A DNA stretch of 64,000 nt from positions 23,893 through 87,892 of the IMG/VR virus record IMGVR_UViG_3300008954_000025, one strand, 5' to 3'. Positions within the stretch are counted from its first letter, which is position 1. Each line of letters begins with the position of its first letter. The notes beneath the pieces were generated by a model. The model saw only the letters and a program-made list of their open reading frames with translations. It had not been told where the DNA came from and did not search any database. Source of the stretch: a virus. Made by a program: the position numbers and the translations under genes. Below, in pieces: positions 16,952 to 26,601 of the stretch.

Positions 16952-19702
16952 ATGACGGCGACCACGATCTTCTTCGACGGACGACTGACCGCTATCCCCG
17001 GCGTGGAGACGCGCGTGGATGCCTCTGCGCTCGAGCAGGTGGGCCTGGGCGCGAGCGGCGTGGTGGGACTTATCGGTACCGGCGTCGGTGGCCGGCCCGT
17101 GAGCTCGGGCATGACTGTCGACCAGATCATCCAGCTGACCAGCCCCCGAGCTGCGCGGGACACCTTCCGCTCCGGCGACCTGCGTGAGGCGTGCTCCGTC
17201 GCGTTCGAGCCGAGCACCGACGCGGCCATTCCTGGTGGCGCCCAGACGATCATCGCCATGAAGGTCAACCAGGCGACGCAGGCCACCGCGGTCCTGTCCA
17301 ACACCATCGGCGACGCGCTGACTCTGACCTCCGAGGATTGGGGTGAGTTCACCAACCAGATCAAGGTCTCGGTGGGCAACGCAGGTGCCGGCGCATTCGG
17401 GCGCTTGCTCACCGTGGTGCTGGAGGCGACCACCGAGTCGGGCGACGGTGTTGGGCAGGTCGACGACACGATCACTAACCAAGAGACGGCGCTGTTCCAG
17501 CTCGACTACGAGCCGAGCACGCTGCTCGACGCCGGCTGGGAGACGATGACGGCCGACGTCCTGCCCACTGGGACTGTCCGCTGCTACGGCACGCGGACCG
17601 ACCCCGGGCTCGACGGCGACGTGGACAGTGGCGATACCATGCCGGGCGGCGCTGACACGCTCGAGGTCCTCGCCGCAGTCACCAGCGCGAACATGGTCTC
17701 CAAGGTCGTTACGGTCTACGGCCTCAACAACGCTGGTACGCCGGCGCCCGTTAGTGAGCAGTTTACGCTGCACGCTGTCGATGCTGCCGCGAATCCCATC
17801 GCCGGCACCGTGACCTTCTCCAAGGTGCTCGGTGTCATCGTCGACCAGACGTCCGGCAGCGGCGTCGCGACGGACCAGATCATCAACGTCCGTGAAGCGT
17901 CTGGCAACACGGTCATCTACTCGGTCGCCGTCGCCGCGCTGCGTGAAGGTCTCGTGCAGCCCTCGGCCATGTTCGTTGGCGGGACGACGATCGTCGGCGC
18001 GCTCGACGCAGCGCCTGGCGGCACGCGCGACGTCGCTGTCTGGGGTCTGGCGGCCAACGGCGCCGCGGCCTCCGACACGCTGCAGTTCACGATCGCGAAT
18101 GGGGCCGTCGCCGTGCGCGGCTCGACGAACTTCTCACAGATCGACGTCATCGCCCTCGGCGACATGGACGCAGGCCGGACACTGACGATCAGCGCCGTCG
18201 CGGCGCAGACCAACGGCTCCATCGATACGCTGACGAAGGTGCAGGACTACTTCAACGCGCGACAGGTCGACAACGTCGCCGCCGGCGCGCAGGAGTTCGG
18301 CTTCACGTTCACGATGCGGACGGCGCAGACGGGCCTCGACCCGGCCTTGCTCGACTGGACGAACACGCCGACGAACATCTTCAACCAAGGTTCGCCTGCG
18401 ACCGCGCACGCCGGCTTCTCGGCTGTGCTCAACGCGATGGTTGACTACTACACCACCAGCTCGGACCTGGTGACGCCTACTCGCACGGCGTTCACTGCGA
18501 AGCTGTACACGTTGTCGATCACGACGGAGGGCATCGGCGACTGGGACGTGACGATCGACGGCGTCACCGTGACGTACACGGCCGACGGTGCCGACACGGT
18601 CACGACCATCGCAGCGGGGCTCGTCCTGCTCATCAACAACCACCCGACCCTGTCGCAGTACGTGCTCGCGGCCTCGACGGCGGGCGTCCTCACGGTCTCG
18701 GGCTCGACACCGCGGGCGACGACTGGGTTCATCACGACCATCGCCGGGGCTGCTGGTGGAGGCACCTGGGCGCTCGTGCTGACGACGGCGCAGGCGGGTA
18801 GCGGGCAGCCGCCAGACAACGTCACCAACCAGTTCCTCTCCGGTGGCGGTGAGGGTGTCGCGGCCGGCGGTGATTGGCAGGAGGCGCTCGACCAGCTCCG
18901 CAAGGTGGACTGCAACACCATCGTGGTGCTCAGCGGCGACCCGGCCGTGCACAGCGCGCTCGAGGCGCACTGCGCGTATATGGGCGGCGCCGGCAAGTCG
19001 GAGCGCGACGGTATCGTCGGGCTGTCCGCGGTCGACTCGGACAACGCGCCGACCGGCGTGCTGCCTGCCAAGGCGAGCATCAAGTCGCAGGTCCTGAGCA
19101 TCAACTCGCGGCACATCCGAGCCTGCGCGCAGACGATCGATCGGCCGAACACCGCCGGCGTCTCGACGACGTTCATGCCGTGGTTCCAGGCCGCCGGCGC
19201 TGCGGGCATGCAAGCCGGCAGTCCCGTCGGCACCAGCCTCACGCGCAAGACCATGAAGGTCGCGGCCATCGCGCAGGACAGCTCGTGGGATCCGGTCGAG
19301 GACGCGCACGAGATGATCCTCGCCGGCCTGTGGTTCATGGAGGCGCACCGCACGGGCCGCCGCTGCGTCCGGAACATCACGACGTACCTGCAGTCGGTCA
19401 ACCTGGCCTTCGTCGAGGCGTCGGTGAACGAGGCGGTGAACTTCACCGTGTTCAACTTCCGGAACGCGATGGAGACGGTGGTCGGCGAGCCAGGCTTTGC
19501 GGGCACGCTGGCTGCGGGCAAGAGCGCGGCGCAGACCAGCCTCAACCTGCAGCTGCGGGAGGGGGCCGTCATCCAGTGGCGGGCGCTGTCGCTCACGCTG
19601 GCCGCCGACGTGATGGACGTCTCGGTGGAGGTCGCGCCCATCATCCCGGTCAACTTCGTCAGGGCAACGGTCCACCTGGTCACGTTGTCCCAGGCGGCGT
19701 AA
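16952..19702 (+). CDS. Contractile tail sheath protein (916 aa, large central insertion)
   Basis: N-terminal IPGV.TRVD...GLIG...GG.P...A..TFRSGDL; C-terminal LSGG.EG...DW..AL..L, SLTRK, RNITTY, V.PIIPVNFV. Confidence 0.9.
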   Translation: MTATTIFFDGRLTAIPGVETRVDASALEQVGLGASGVVGLIGTGVGGRPVSSGMTVDQIIQLTSPRAARDTFRSGDLREACSVAFEPSTDAAIPGGAQTIIAMKVNQATQATAVLSNTIGDALTLTSEDWGEFTNQIKVSVGNAGAGAFGRLLTVVLEATTESGDGVGQVDDTITNQETALFQLDYEPSTLLDAGWETMTADVLPTGTVRCYGTRTDPGLDGDVDSGDTMPGGADTLEVLAAVTSANMVSKVVTVYGLNNAGTPAPVSEQFTLHAVDAAANPIAGTVTFSKVLGVIVDQTSGSGVATDQIINVREASGNTVIYSVAVAALREGLVQPSAMFVGGTTIVGALDAAPGGTRDVAVWGLAANGAAASDTLQFTIANGAVAVRGSTNFSQIDVIALGDMDAGRTLTISAVAAQTNGSIDTLTKVQDYFNARQVDNVAAGAQEFGFTFTMRTAQTGLDPALLDWTNTPTNIFNQGSPATAHAGFSAVLNAMVDYYTTSSDLVTPTRTAFTAKLYTLSITTEGIGDWDVTIDGVTVTYTADGADTVTTIAAGLVLLINNHPTLSQYVLAASTAGVLTVSGSTPRATTGFITTIAGAAGGGTWALVLTTAQAGSGQPPDNVTNQFLSGGGEGVAAGGDWQEALDQLRKVDCNTIVVLSGDPAVHSALEAHCAYMGGAGKSERDGIVGLSAVDSDNAPTGVLPAKASIKSQVLSINSRHIRACAQTIDRPNTAGVSTTFMPWFQAAGAAGMQAGSPVGTSLTRKTMKVAAIAQDSSWDPVEDAHEMILAGLWFMEAHRTGRRCVRNITTYLQSVNLAFVEASVNEAVNFTVFNFRNAMETVVGEPGFAGTLAAGKSAAQTSLNLQLREGAVIQWRALSLTLAADVMDVSVEVAPIIPVNFVRATVHLVTLSQAA

Positions 19703-19712
19703 GGAGTAGTTC

Positions 19713-20192
19713 ATGGCGGCACCGGCTTCACAACGCGCAGGCATCACCAAGGGCTTGGTCGCCACGGGCGCGCGCGTCCACCTGGCGATCAAGCAGAGGC
19801 CGGTGGGGTACGCGACGATCGCGTCGTACTCCGAGACGATCGGCTACGACCCCGTGGCCGTGCTCGACCAGATGGAAATCGCCGAGCACGTGCCCGTCAG
19901 CTACGACGTCACGTTCACCGCAGCGCGGCTGTACATCGTCAAGAAGTCGCTCAAGGAGATCGGCTTCATGCCGCAGTGGCCCTCGGGCCAGGGCAGCGAT
20001 CAGCTCCTGCTGAACATCCTCGCCCTCGGCGAGATGACGGCCGACATCATCGACCAGCAAGTGAGCACGCTCGTGTCGCTCGAAGGCGTCCGGGTCACGT
20101 CGCACAACCTGACCTTCGGCGCGCGCAGCATCGTGGGCGAGGACGTGGCGTTCGTGGCTATCCGCGCCATCGACGCGGTCGAGGCGCCGTAG
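19713..20192 (+). CDS. Tail tube protein
   Basis: TGAR..L.I...PVGYA, V.VLDQ....EHVPV.YD; directly after the sheath; AGGAG RBS. Confidence 0.8.
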   Translation: MAAPASQRAGITKGLVATGARVHLAIKQRPVGYATIASYSETIGYDPVAVLDQMEIAEHVPVSYDVTFTAARLYIVKKSLKEIGFMPQWPSGQGSDQLLLNILALGEMTADIIDQQVSTLVSLEGVRVTSHNLTFGARSIVGEDVAFVAIRAIDAVEAP

Positions 20193-20242
20193 AAGCGCGG
20201 CACTTACTGTCCGTACAAGCCCAACTCTGGTAGAACGCGGAC

Positions 20243-20767
20243 ATGGTCCGCAAGCGAACATCCGCTACTAAACCGTCCACGACAGCCGAGACTGCCGCCG
20301 ATCTCCGCGCGCAGGCTGCCGAGCTGGCCCGCGCGCCCCTGGTCGCTGCACCCGATCCGGAAGAGGAGAAGGACGCCGAGTCCGAGCTCGACGCGACCGA
20401 GGTCACCTTCGACTTCAAGCACGTCGACCGGCGCGGGAACACGCACGAGGGTGTGTTCACCAACCGCATCCTGACTGTCGGCGAGCAGCAGGCGGCTGCC
20501 GCGACCTCTGCGCGGCTGAGCGGTGGGGTGCCGCGCGAGGCGCTGGATGCCGGCGCGGCCGTGCTCAACGACGCCATCGCGCACATGGCACTGTCGTTCA
20601 CCGAGGCCAAGACTGGCGACTTCCGTGGTCCGAGCTGGGCGCAAGACCTTCGGGCGCTCTTTGAGCAGGAGATCATCATCGAGCTGTGGAAGAAGGTGGT
20701 GGCGCACGAGCGCCGGTTCTTTCGACTGGACGAGGTTGCAGAATCTGGCCAAGAACCCGCCGAATGA
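20243..20767 (+). CDS. Tail assembly chaperone (short form)
   Basis: Between tube and tape measure; GVF..R..T..E, P.W..D, ends FFR.. Confidence 0.7.
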   Translation: MVRKRTSATKPSTTAETAADLRAQAAELARAPLVAAPDPEEEKDAESELDATEVTFDFKHVDRRGNTHEGVFTNRILTVGEQQAAAATSARLSGGVPREALDAGAAVLNDAIAHMALSFTEAKTGDFRGPSWAQDLRALFEQEIIIELWKKVVAHERRFFRLDEVAESGQEPAE

Positions 20768-21071
20768 CGACCTCGGCGCACTTCAGCGCTGGTGGTCCGA
20801 CAAGTACAAGTTGCCCCCGAACGACCCCCGGTTCATGGACCGGCCGTTCGCAATGCACGTGCGGGACTTCCTTGAGGACATGACGCAGGTTCTGTCTCGC
20901 ATAGAGCAGCAGCTGCGTCTTGGCGGGGCCGGAGAGGATCAGTCCGACCTGGAGAAGACAAAAGAGACCATTCAGCGCATTCTGGGCGTCAACACCGACT
21001 CGGCGGCCGCCTGGCAGGAGGAGGTCGAGAAGGCACTCGAAGAGGGTAGAATGCCGGACTGGGAGACGTGA
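20721..21071 (+). CDS. Tail assembly chaperone extension, probably reached by +1 frameshift
   Basis: +1 frame FDWTRLQNLAK...LQRWWSDKYKLPPNDPRF; begins at TTT-CGA site 20720-20725; no good independent start. Confidence 0.65.
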   Translation, partial: FDWTRLQNLAKNPPNDDLGALQRWWSDKYKLPPNDPRFMDRPFAMHVRDFLEDMTQVLSRIEQQLRLGGAGEDQSDLEKTKETIQRILGVNTDSAAAWQEEVEKALEEGRMPDWET

Positions 21072-21079
21072 GGCAGTAG

Positions 21080-23596
21080 ATGGCAGTCAAAAAAGTCGAC
21101 GTCGAGCTCAACTACAAGACCAAGCTCGACCGCCAGTCCCTCGCGGAGCTTCAGCGCAACACGCGCTCCGTCACGAGCGCGATCGACCTGAACCAGCTGC
21201 GTCAGGTCGCCACGCTCCTCACAAACATAAAAGGGTCCGTCCTCGACATCAACAAGATCGCGGGCACGGCCACGCAAGCGATCAGCGGGCCGGTTCGGGC
21301 GTCGGTCTTCTCGCGCGGCGGGCGGCAGCAGACCAACTACTACATCCCGGGACGCCAAGGCGCCGCGTCGATTGGCGCCGCGATGCACCATCAGGCGGCC
21401 TATCTCGACCAGCTCGCGGGCGGCAAGGCGACACCGCAGGCCATCGGCGAGGCGGCAGGCGTCCTCGAAGGACTCATCGGCCATCAGCGGCGCCAGGTCG
21501 CCGACGCACAAGCACGTCAGCAGGCGCGGCACAGCCGCCTGCAGATGATCCCGCACCCAACGCTGTACGGCTCCGGAGGCATGACCATGTCGCCCGGTGC
21601 GATGGCTGGCGGCTCGGCGGCGACCCGCGCCGGCTTCGTTGGCCCGGGCTGGGGCTGGACGCGCGGGCTCGGCGGTTGGGGGGCAGGCCCAACGCGGCCT
21701 GCGGCGGCGGCCGCGGGTCCCCAGCTGCTGCTCGGTGCGGGCGCGGCTCCACTACAGCAGCTTGGTGGTGGGCGCGTCCCGCTACAGCTCGGCGCAGGTG
21801 CCGCGCGCGTCGGCTACCCGCCGCCGCCTGGTCCGCCGGCGGCGCCGCAGCTGCTGTTGCCTGCTGGGGGGTCAGGTCCGCTGCTGCTGGGGCCCGGCGG
21901 TGGTGGCCCAGCGTATTTGGGCGCAGGGCCGCGCGTTGGCTATCCAGGGGGAAGCCGCCCTCCACTGCAACTGCCCGCCTGGAGCTCGCACATATCGCCG
22001 CAGGGGATGGGGCCGCAGACGCCGTACCACCTCGAGGTCGGCGCTACGCCGTGGCAAGGTCCCCTGACGCGCGAAGCGTCACGGGCGGCCACTGTCCAGT
22101 CGATGGGCATCGGGTCCCAAGGCGGGAACCTGTACACCGCGTATCAGTACGCAGTCCGGCAGGGCGCGAGCCCGGCTGCGGCGGGTGCGGCGATGCGCAG
22201 CGGCGACGAGAGCGTCCTCCTCGCGCTCGCCGGCGGCGCCGGCGCGGGTGGCGGCCGCGGGGCCGGTCTTCGGCTGGCCGGCAAGGCCGCGCTGGTCGGC
22301 CACGCGTTCCGGCGGGCACCGCAAATGGTGGTCGGCGCTACGTGGGGCATGGGCTTCGGCGAGTCCGCCTTCGGCGTGCCTGGTGCCTTCCTCGGCGGCG
22401 CGCTCGGACTCGCCATGGGTCCGCAGTTCCGCGCAGTCGGCCAGCGCATGATCAAGGCCGCGGCTGGGACCAACCAGTACCGCCTCGCGGCGCAGTCGCT
22501 TTACAGCGTGGCTGGTGAGCCCGGCGCGGCGTACGGCAGCAAGATTGGCGGCGGCCTCCGCAGCGCGGGTGTGGCGCTCGGTTTCGACCCGACGCAGACG
22601 GCGCAGATCGCAGCGCGTACAGCGCGCAGCGCTGGCGGGTGGGCCGGTCCTGGGATGGACCAGAACGTCATGCTCGGCCTCTTCGGTGCGCGGATGGGCC
22701 TGTCCGCAGGCGCCGTCGGCAACCTCGGCTTCGCGGGGCGCCGCGGCGGGCTGGGCGGGCGCGGCGGTCGTATGTTCGCTGAGCACGCGTGGATGGGCGG
22801 TTTGGCGTCTGGCCTCGAGGGCAGCGAGCTGGTCGACCTGCTGGAGACGGCGGGAGCTGATGCCGGCGTGTTCCGGTCGACAGGTATCGGGACCAGCCTC
22901 GGCGGCTTCGCCGGCGCGACTGGGGCGAGTCGCAGCTTGGGCGTCGACACATTCCAGGGCTCGCGCATCGGGCACGGGATCCGCCAGTCCGGGCGCGCGC
23001 GGTCCCTCCGCGGGCCGCAGGGCTTCCTGGACATTCTGATGCTGCAACAGTTCGGCGGCCTCGGGCGCCTGGGCAGCGGCGTGTCGTTCAGCCGGCTCCG
23101 CGACGCGCGCAAGCGCATGGAGTCCGGCGCAGGCTTCACGGCGGGCAACATCGGCAGCTTCATCGACCGCCTGATCCAGATGGGCGGCGGCGGAGCTGGG
23201 GGCGAGTACCTCGCGCAGCAGTCGCTGTTGGAGCTCGGCGTCCCCGTCGGTACAGGTCTCATGGAGGAGATCGGTCAGTACCGCTCGACGGGTCAGATGC
23301 CACAGGGCGTGGTCGACGCGTTCCGGAAGGGCGGAGGCAAGGCCGGCAAGTTCGCTGCGGGCGGCGGCCTGGCCGGGCAGCTCGAAGGCACGACCGACTC
23401 GCAACTCGGGCAGCTCGCCGCGGCGGCGGACCGCGTGCATGAGGCCGCGATGCAGCTCGAGGGTGGGCTCGTCGCCATGCAGAAGGCGCAGGCGCGTATT
23501 ACCGAGAGCCTCGTGCACTACAATGGTGCCGTGGAACGCGCGGCCGCGGGACTGACGCGTGTCGGCGACATCGTCGAAGGGATCGGGCGTCCGTAG
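21080..23596 (+). CDS. Tape measure protein-like (Gly/Ala-rich)
   Basis: Long ORF immediately after the chaperones and before the baseplate hub; Gly/Ala-rich. Confidence 0.65.
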   Translation: MAVKKVDVELNYKTKLDRQSLAELQRNTRSVTSAIDLNQLRQVATLLTNIKGSVLDINKIAGTATQAISGPVRASVFSRGGRQQTNYYIPGRQGAASIGAAMHHQAAYLDQLAGGKATPQAIGEAAGVLEGLIGHQRRQVADAQARQQARHSRLQMIPHPTLYGSGGMTMSPGAMAGGSAATRAGFVGPGWGWTRGLGGWGAGPTRPAAAAAGPQLLLGAGAAPLQQLGGGRVPLQLGAGAARVGYPPPPGPPAAPQLLLPAGGSGPLLLGPGGGGPAYLGAGPRVGYPGGSRPPLQLPAWSSHISPQGMGPQTPYHLEVGATPWQGPLTREASRAATVQSMGIGSQGGNLYTAYQYAVRQGASPAAAGAAMRSGDESVLLALAGGAGAGGGRGAGLRLAGKAALVGHAFRRAPQMVVGATWGMGFGESAFGVPGAFLGGALGLAMGPQFRAVGQRMIKAAAGTNQYRLAAQSLYSVAGEPGAAYGSKIGGGLRSAGVALGFDPTQTAQIAARTARSAGGWAGPGMDQNVMLGLFGARMGLSAGAVGNLGFAGRRGGLGGRGGRMFAEHAWMGGLASGLEGSELVDLLETAGADAGVFRSTGIGTSLGGFAGATGASRSLGVDTFQGSRIGHGIRQSGRARSLRGPQGFLDILMLQQFGGLGRLGSGVSFSRLRDARKRMESGAGFTAGNIGSFIDRLIQMGGGGAGGEYLAQQSLLELGVPVGTGLMEEIGQYRSTGQMPQGVVDAFRKGGGKAGKFAAGGGLAGQLEGTTDSQLGQLAAAADRVHEAAMQLEGGLVAMQKAQARITESLVHYNGAVERAAAGLTRVGDIVEGIGRP

Positions 23597-25360
23597 ATGC
23601 CAAAGCCGAGTCACAGCGCTGCAGGCAACCGCTCCGGCACGTTCCGCGGGTCGGAGACCAGCGGCGCGAAGGTGTCCGTTTACGGACACGCCGACGAGCC
23701 GGGAATGCCGCAGGCGCGGAAGCGCGCGATCCACTTCGACTCGCGGGCGCACGGCGTCAGCGACGATCGGTTCCGGCTGATCGCGGCCGAGACGCGCAAG
23801 AACATCGACGGCAGCCCCGGCACGTTTACGTTCGCGGTGAAGTCGCGAGACCCGAACGTGGACCTGCGTGACATCATCGTCGACGACGACTGGGTCGACA
23901 TCTCGTTCACGCGGCACGACCGGAGCTTCCACGCCATGCGTGGTCTGGTCGATGTCGTGGCGCCGGCCACCTCGGCGTCGGGTACTGGCGCCACCGAAAC
24001 GACCTACGTCGTGACCGGACGTGACTTCACCAAGATCTTCGAGCTGACGCCCGTGTGGTTCGACCGCATCACCGACGGCGACTACGCCGGCGCGGCGCTC
24101 ACGCGGATCATGGAGGAGACCGAGGGCGTCTTCGGGAACGTCAAGGAGGTCGTGTCGAACCTGCTGTTCGGCTTCCTCCACGAGCTGGACGAGCTGGGCC
24201 GCGCGACTTGGGTGCTCCCGCCTTCGCTGCCGTCCGGCCAAGGCACCGTCGAGGTCATCCAGTACGGCAAGCCGCGTTTGAAGAAGAGCCCGCCAGGCCC
24301 GAAGCCGTCGCCGTTCTCGCTGCAGGCGCCGCCGTCGCCGTCGATCACGCGCCCGCTCGTATCGATCCGAGGCGGCCGGAACTTCTTAGACGAGATCCAG
24401 TACTTCACGGACCACTGGATGAACGACCCGCTGCGGTCGAGCTCGCTCAATCCGGTCTACTTCGATCCGCAGAACACGTACCTGTGGCCGATAGCGCAGC
24501 ACTACTCGGACCCGGCCCTGTGCGAGCTGTGGTGCGACCTCGTATCGCGCGACTCACCAGACACAGTCGCGTACACGCACAACGATCAGGGCAGCACGCC
24601 CGACACGACGGCGATGGCTGTGATCCTACGCGACAGGCCGTTCCTCACCGCTACGCGCCGCGAAGCCGCCGCGAACGTGAACGAGCCGGATCCCGACAAG
24701 CCGGAAGCGCTGTCGTCCGGGCCCTGGCTCAACCGCATCCCGCTGTACACGGTCGACCGCGGGGACTGCGTCGCCGTCCAGACCGCGCGCAGCGGCGCCG
24801 AGCGCCGGAACATGTTCATGGCCGCGCCCGCGATCTACCAGGAGAGCTTGAAGGCGTGGCCCGAGCTGCAGACGCCGCTCATCAGCGTGAAGGACGTGAG
24901 CCGCCACGGCGTGCGGCGCATGGACGTCATCACGAACTATGCGACGTCCTCGACGGACGTCGACCTCGACGGCTCGCCGCTCGGCCTCGCGCTCAACTAC
25001 AGGGAGCGGATCCGCGACTTCCACTGCATGAACTACCTGTTCTACAGCGGGACCATACCGCTGGCGATCGGACGCCCGGACATTCGCGTCGGCGGCCGAC
25101 TCCGGATCCGCGGTGACGACCCGGCGCGCGACGAGACGTACTACGTCGAAGAGGTCCGCAACGCCTGGCAGGCTCCGGAGAGCCTCACCCGCGCCGGCGG
25201 GCTGGCCACGACGCTGGGCGTGACCCGAGGTTGGCGGGGCACCGATCAATCGCTGGTGCGGGCGTTCAACGTGATCCGTGACGAGTACAACGACGCTGCG
25301 ATCCAGGAGGAGCTGCAGAAGCAGGCCGCCGCGATCAAAGCGCGCGAGGAGGACAAGTAG
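23597..25360 (+). CDS. Baseplate hub protein
   Basis: K.IDG.PGTF, DDWVDI, MRGLVD, V.GRDF.K, C-terminal SGTI....GRPDIRVG..L....YYVE.V...W...TTLGVTRG. Confidence 0.7.
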   Translation: MPKPSHSAAGNRSGTFRGSETSGAKVSVYGHADEPGMPQARKRAIHFDSRAHGVSDDRFRLIAAETRKNIDGSPGTFTFAVKSRDPNVDLRDIIVDDDWVDISFTRHDRSFHAMRGLVDVVAPATSASGTGATETTYVVTGRDFTKIFELTPVWFDRITDGDYAGAALTRIMEETEGVFGNVKEVVSNLLFGFLHELDELGRATWVLPPSLPSGQGTVEVIQYGKPRLKKSPPGPKPSPFSLQAPPSPSITRPLVSIRGGRNFLDEIQYFTDHWMNDPLRSSSLNPVYFDPQNTYLWPIAQHYSDPALCELWCDLVSRDSPDTVAYTHNDQGSTPDTTAMAVILRDRPFLTATRREAAANVNEPDPDKPEALSSGPWLNRIPLYTVDRGDCVAVQTARSGAERRNMFMAAPAIYQESLKAWPELQTPLISVKDVSRHGVRRMDVITNYATSSTDVDLDGSPLGLALNYRERIRDFHCMNYLFYSGTIPLAIGRPDIRVGGRLRIRGDDPARDETYYVEEVRNAWQAPESLTRAGGLATTLGVTRGWRGTDQSLVRAFNVIRDEYNDAAIQEELQKQAAAIKAREEDK

Positions 25361-26601
25361 TGCCGCGGATCGGTGCGCAACCTCGCCTGCAAGCCGGCAC
25401 GCAACGTCCGGGAGGCATCCCGCTGGTGCGCTCCGCGCGCGGCGTGATGATGCGCGGCGTCGTCGTGCGCACGTACTCGTTCAATGCGGACGAGCGCTAT
25501 GCGTGCATGGACCGGCGCTCGACGCCCGCGGCGCAGTACGCCGACGTGCTCTGCTACACGAGCATGCGCGGCGGCCGCTATCACTACCTGCCGCGTTGCC
25601 TGATCAGCCGCGAGTACAGCGGCGCGCACGACGGCGACATCTCCACGCCGCGGCCGAATCGGCACGGCTTCGGGCAGACTCCTGACGTCAACACGAAGAC
25701 CAGCCCGGCGATGATGGACGGCGACCACGTGCTCGTCGGCTTCATCGACGACCGCTGCGAACAGGGCGTGATCCTCCGACACATCCCGCACCCTCGAGCG
25801 GACACCGGCAAGGCGCCCGACGCCGCCAGCGGCGACCGTCTCCGCATCATCGGCGACGGCGTCACTGACGACGGCACGCCACGCGCGATCAAGCACCAGG
25901 GTGTGGTGGTCGGCGTGACGGCCAACGGCGGCTGGCTGCTCGACCTGCGCCGGGCGCACCTCGGCTTCGGCGGCGGTGGCACGGCCAACACCGGCGGCGG
26001 CTACGACGCAAACACGGGTGACGAGGTCGCGAGCACGCAGATCGACACGCAGACGAACTACGCATCGGCAGGCAACGTCCGTGTCCGGCTGCCCGACGAC
26101 GCAGTGTTCTCGGTCGACTACGGCGACGGCTCGGTCGAGCGCATCAGTCTGCTTCACCATGCAGCGGGGCAGTCGACGATGGCGCTCATGGCCGACTACG
26201 TCCGCATCGGCTCGCCGGCGGCCGCCGTGGTCAGCCCCGAGGACGCTGCGGTGCGCGGTACGGCATGGGGCGACGCCCGGAACACGCTGTACCGCGACGT
26301 TGACACTCGGCTCGGTCACATCTCGACGGCTGCGGACGTGCTGAAGACGGCGGCGGGCAACTTCGCAGGCAGCAGCGTCTCGGCCAGCCAGGGCAGTTCA
26401 ACTGTTCAGGTCGTGCCGGCTACGGCGAGCGCCGCGCTCGGGGGCGCGCTCGAGGCATTCCTCATAGTGCTGAAGGGGCAACTCGAAGCCATCAAGCTGT
26501 CAATCGACTCGTTCGAGCGCCCCACGACTGGCGCGGACCAGTCAGCCGAGGAGGCCAACGCCTACTTGTCGAACCACGTATACTTCGTGGAGGAGGCGTA
26601 G
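25360..26601 (+). CDS. Baseplate spike/gpV-like protein
   Basis: OB-fold-like start (GVVV...DGDHVLVGFIDD...VIL..IPHP) followed by beta-rich region and AVRG motif; position after the hub. Confidence 0.55.
   Translation: MPRIGAQPRLQAGTQRPGGIPLVRSARGVMMRGVVVRTYSFNADERYACMDRRSTPAAQYADVLCYTSMRGGRYHYLPRCLISREYSGAHDGDISTPRPNRHGFGQTPDVNTKTSPAMMDGDHVLVGFIDDRCEQGVILRHIPHPRADTGKAPDAASGDRLRIIGDGVTDDGTPRAIKHQGVVVGVTANGGWLLDLRRAHLGFGGGGTANTGGGYDANTGDEVASTQIDTQTNYASAGNVRVRLPDDAVFSVDYGDGSVERISLLHHAAGQSTMALMADYVRIGSPAAAVVSPEDAAVRGTAWGDARNTLYRDVDTRLGHISTAADVLKTAAGNFAGSSVSASQGSSTVQVVPATASAALGGALEAFLIVLKGQLEAIKLSIDSFERPTTGADQSAEEANAYLSNHVYFVEEA

Noticed and set aside
22079-24241. Long antisense and alternate-frame ORFs (also 18134-19792, 28480-30267, 48757-50781, 42090-43538 and many others)
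   Set aside because: Shadow frames of high-GC genes; Arg/Ala/Pro-rich, no motifs, and they overlap well-supported genes
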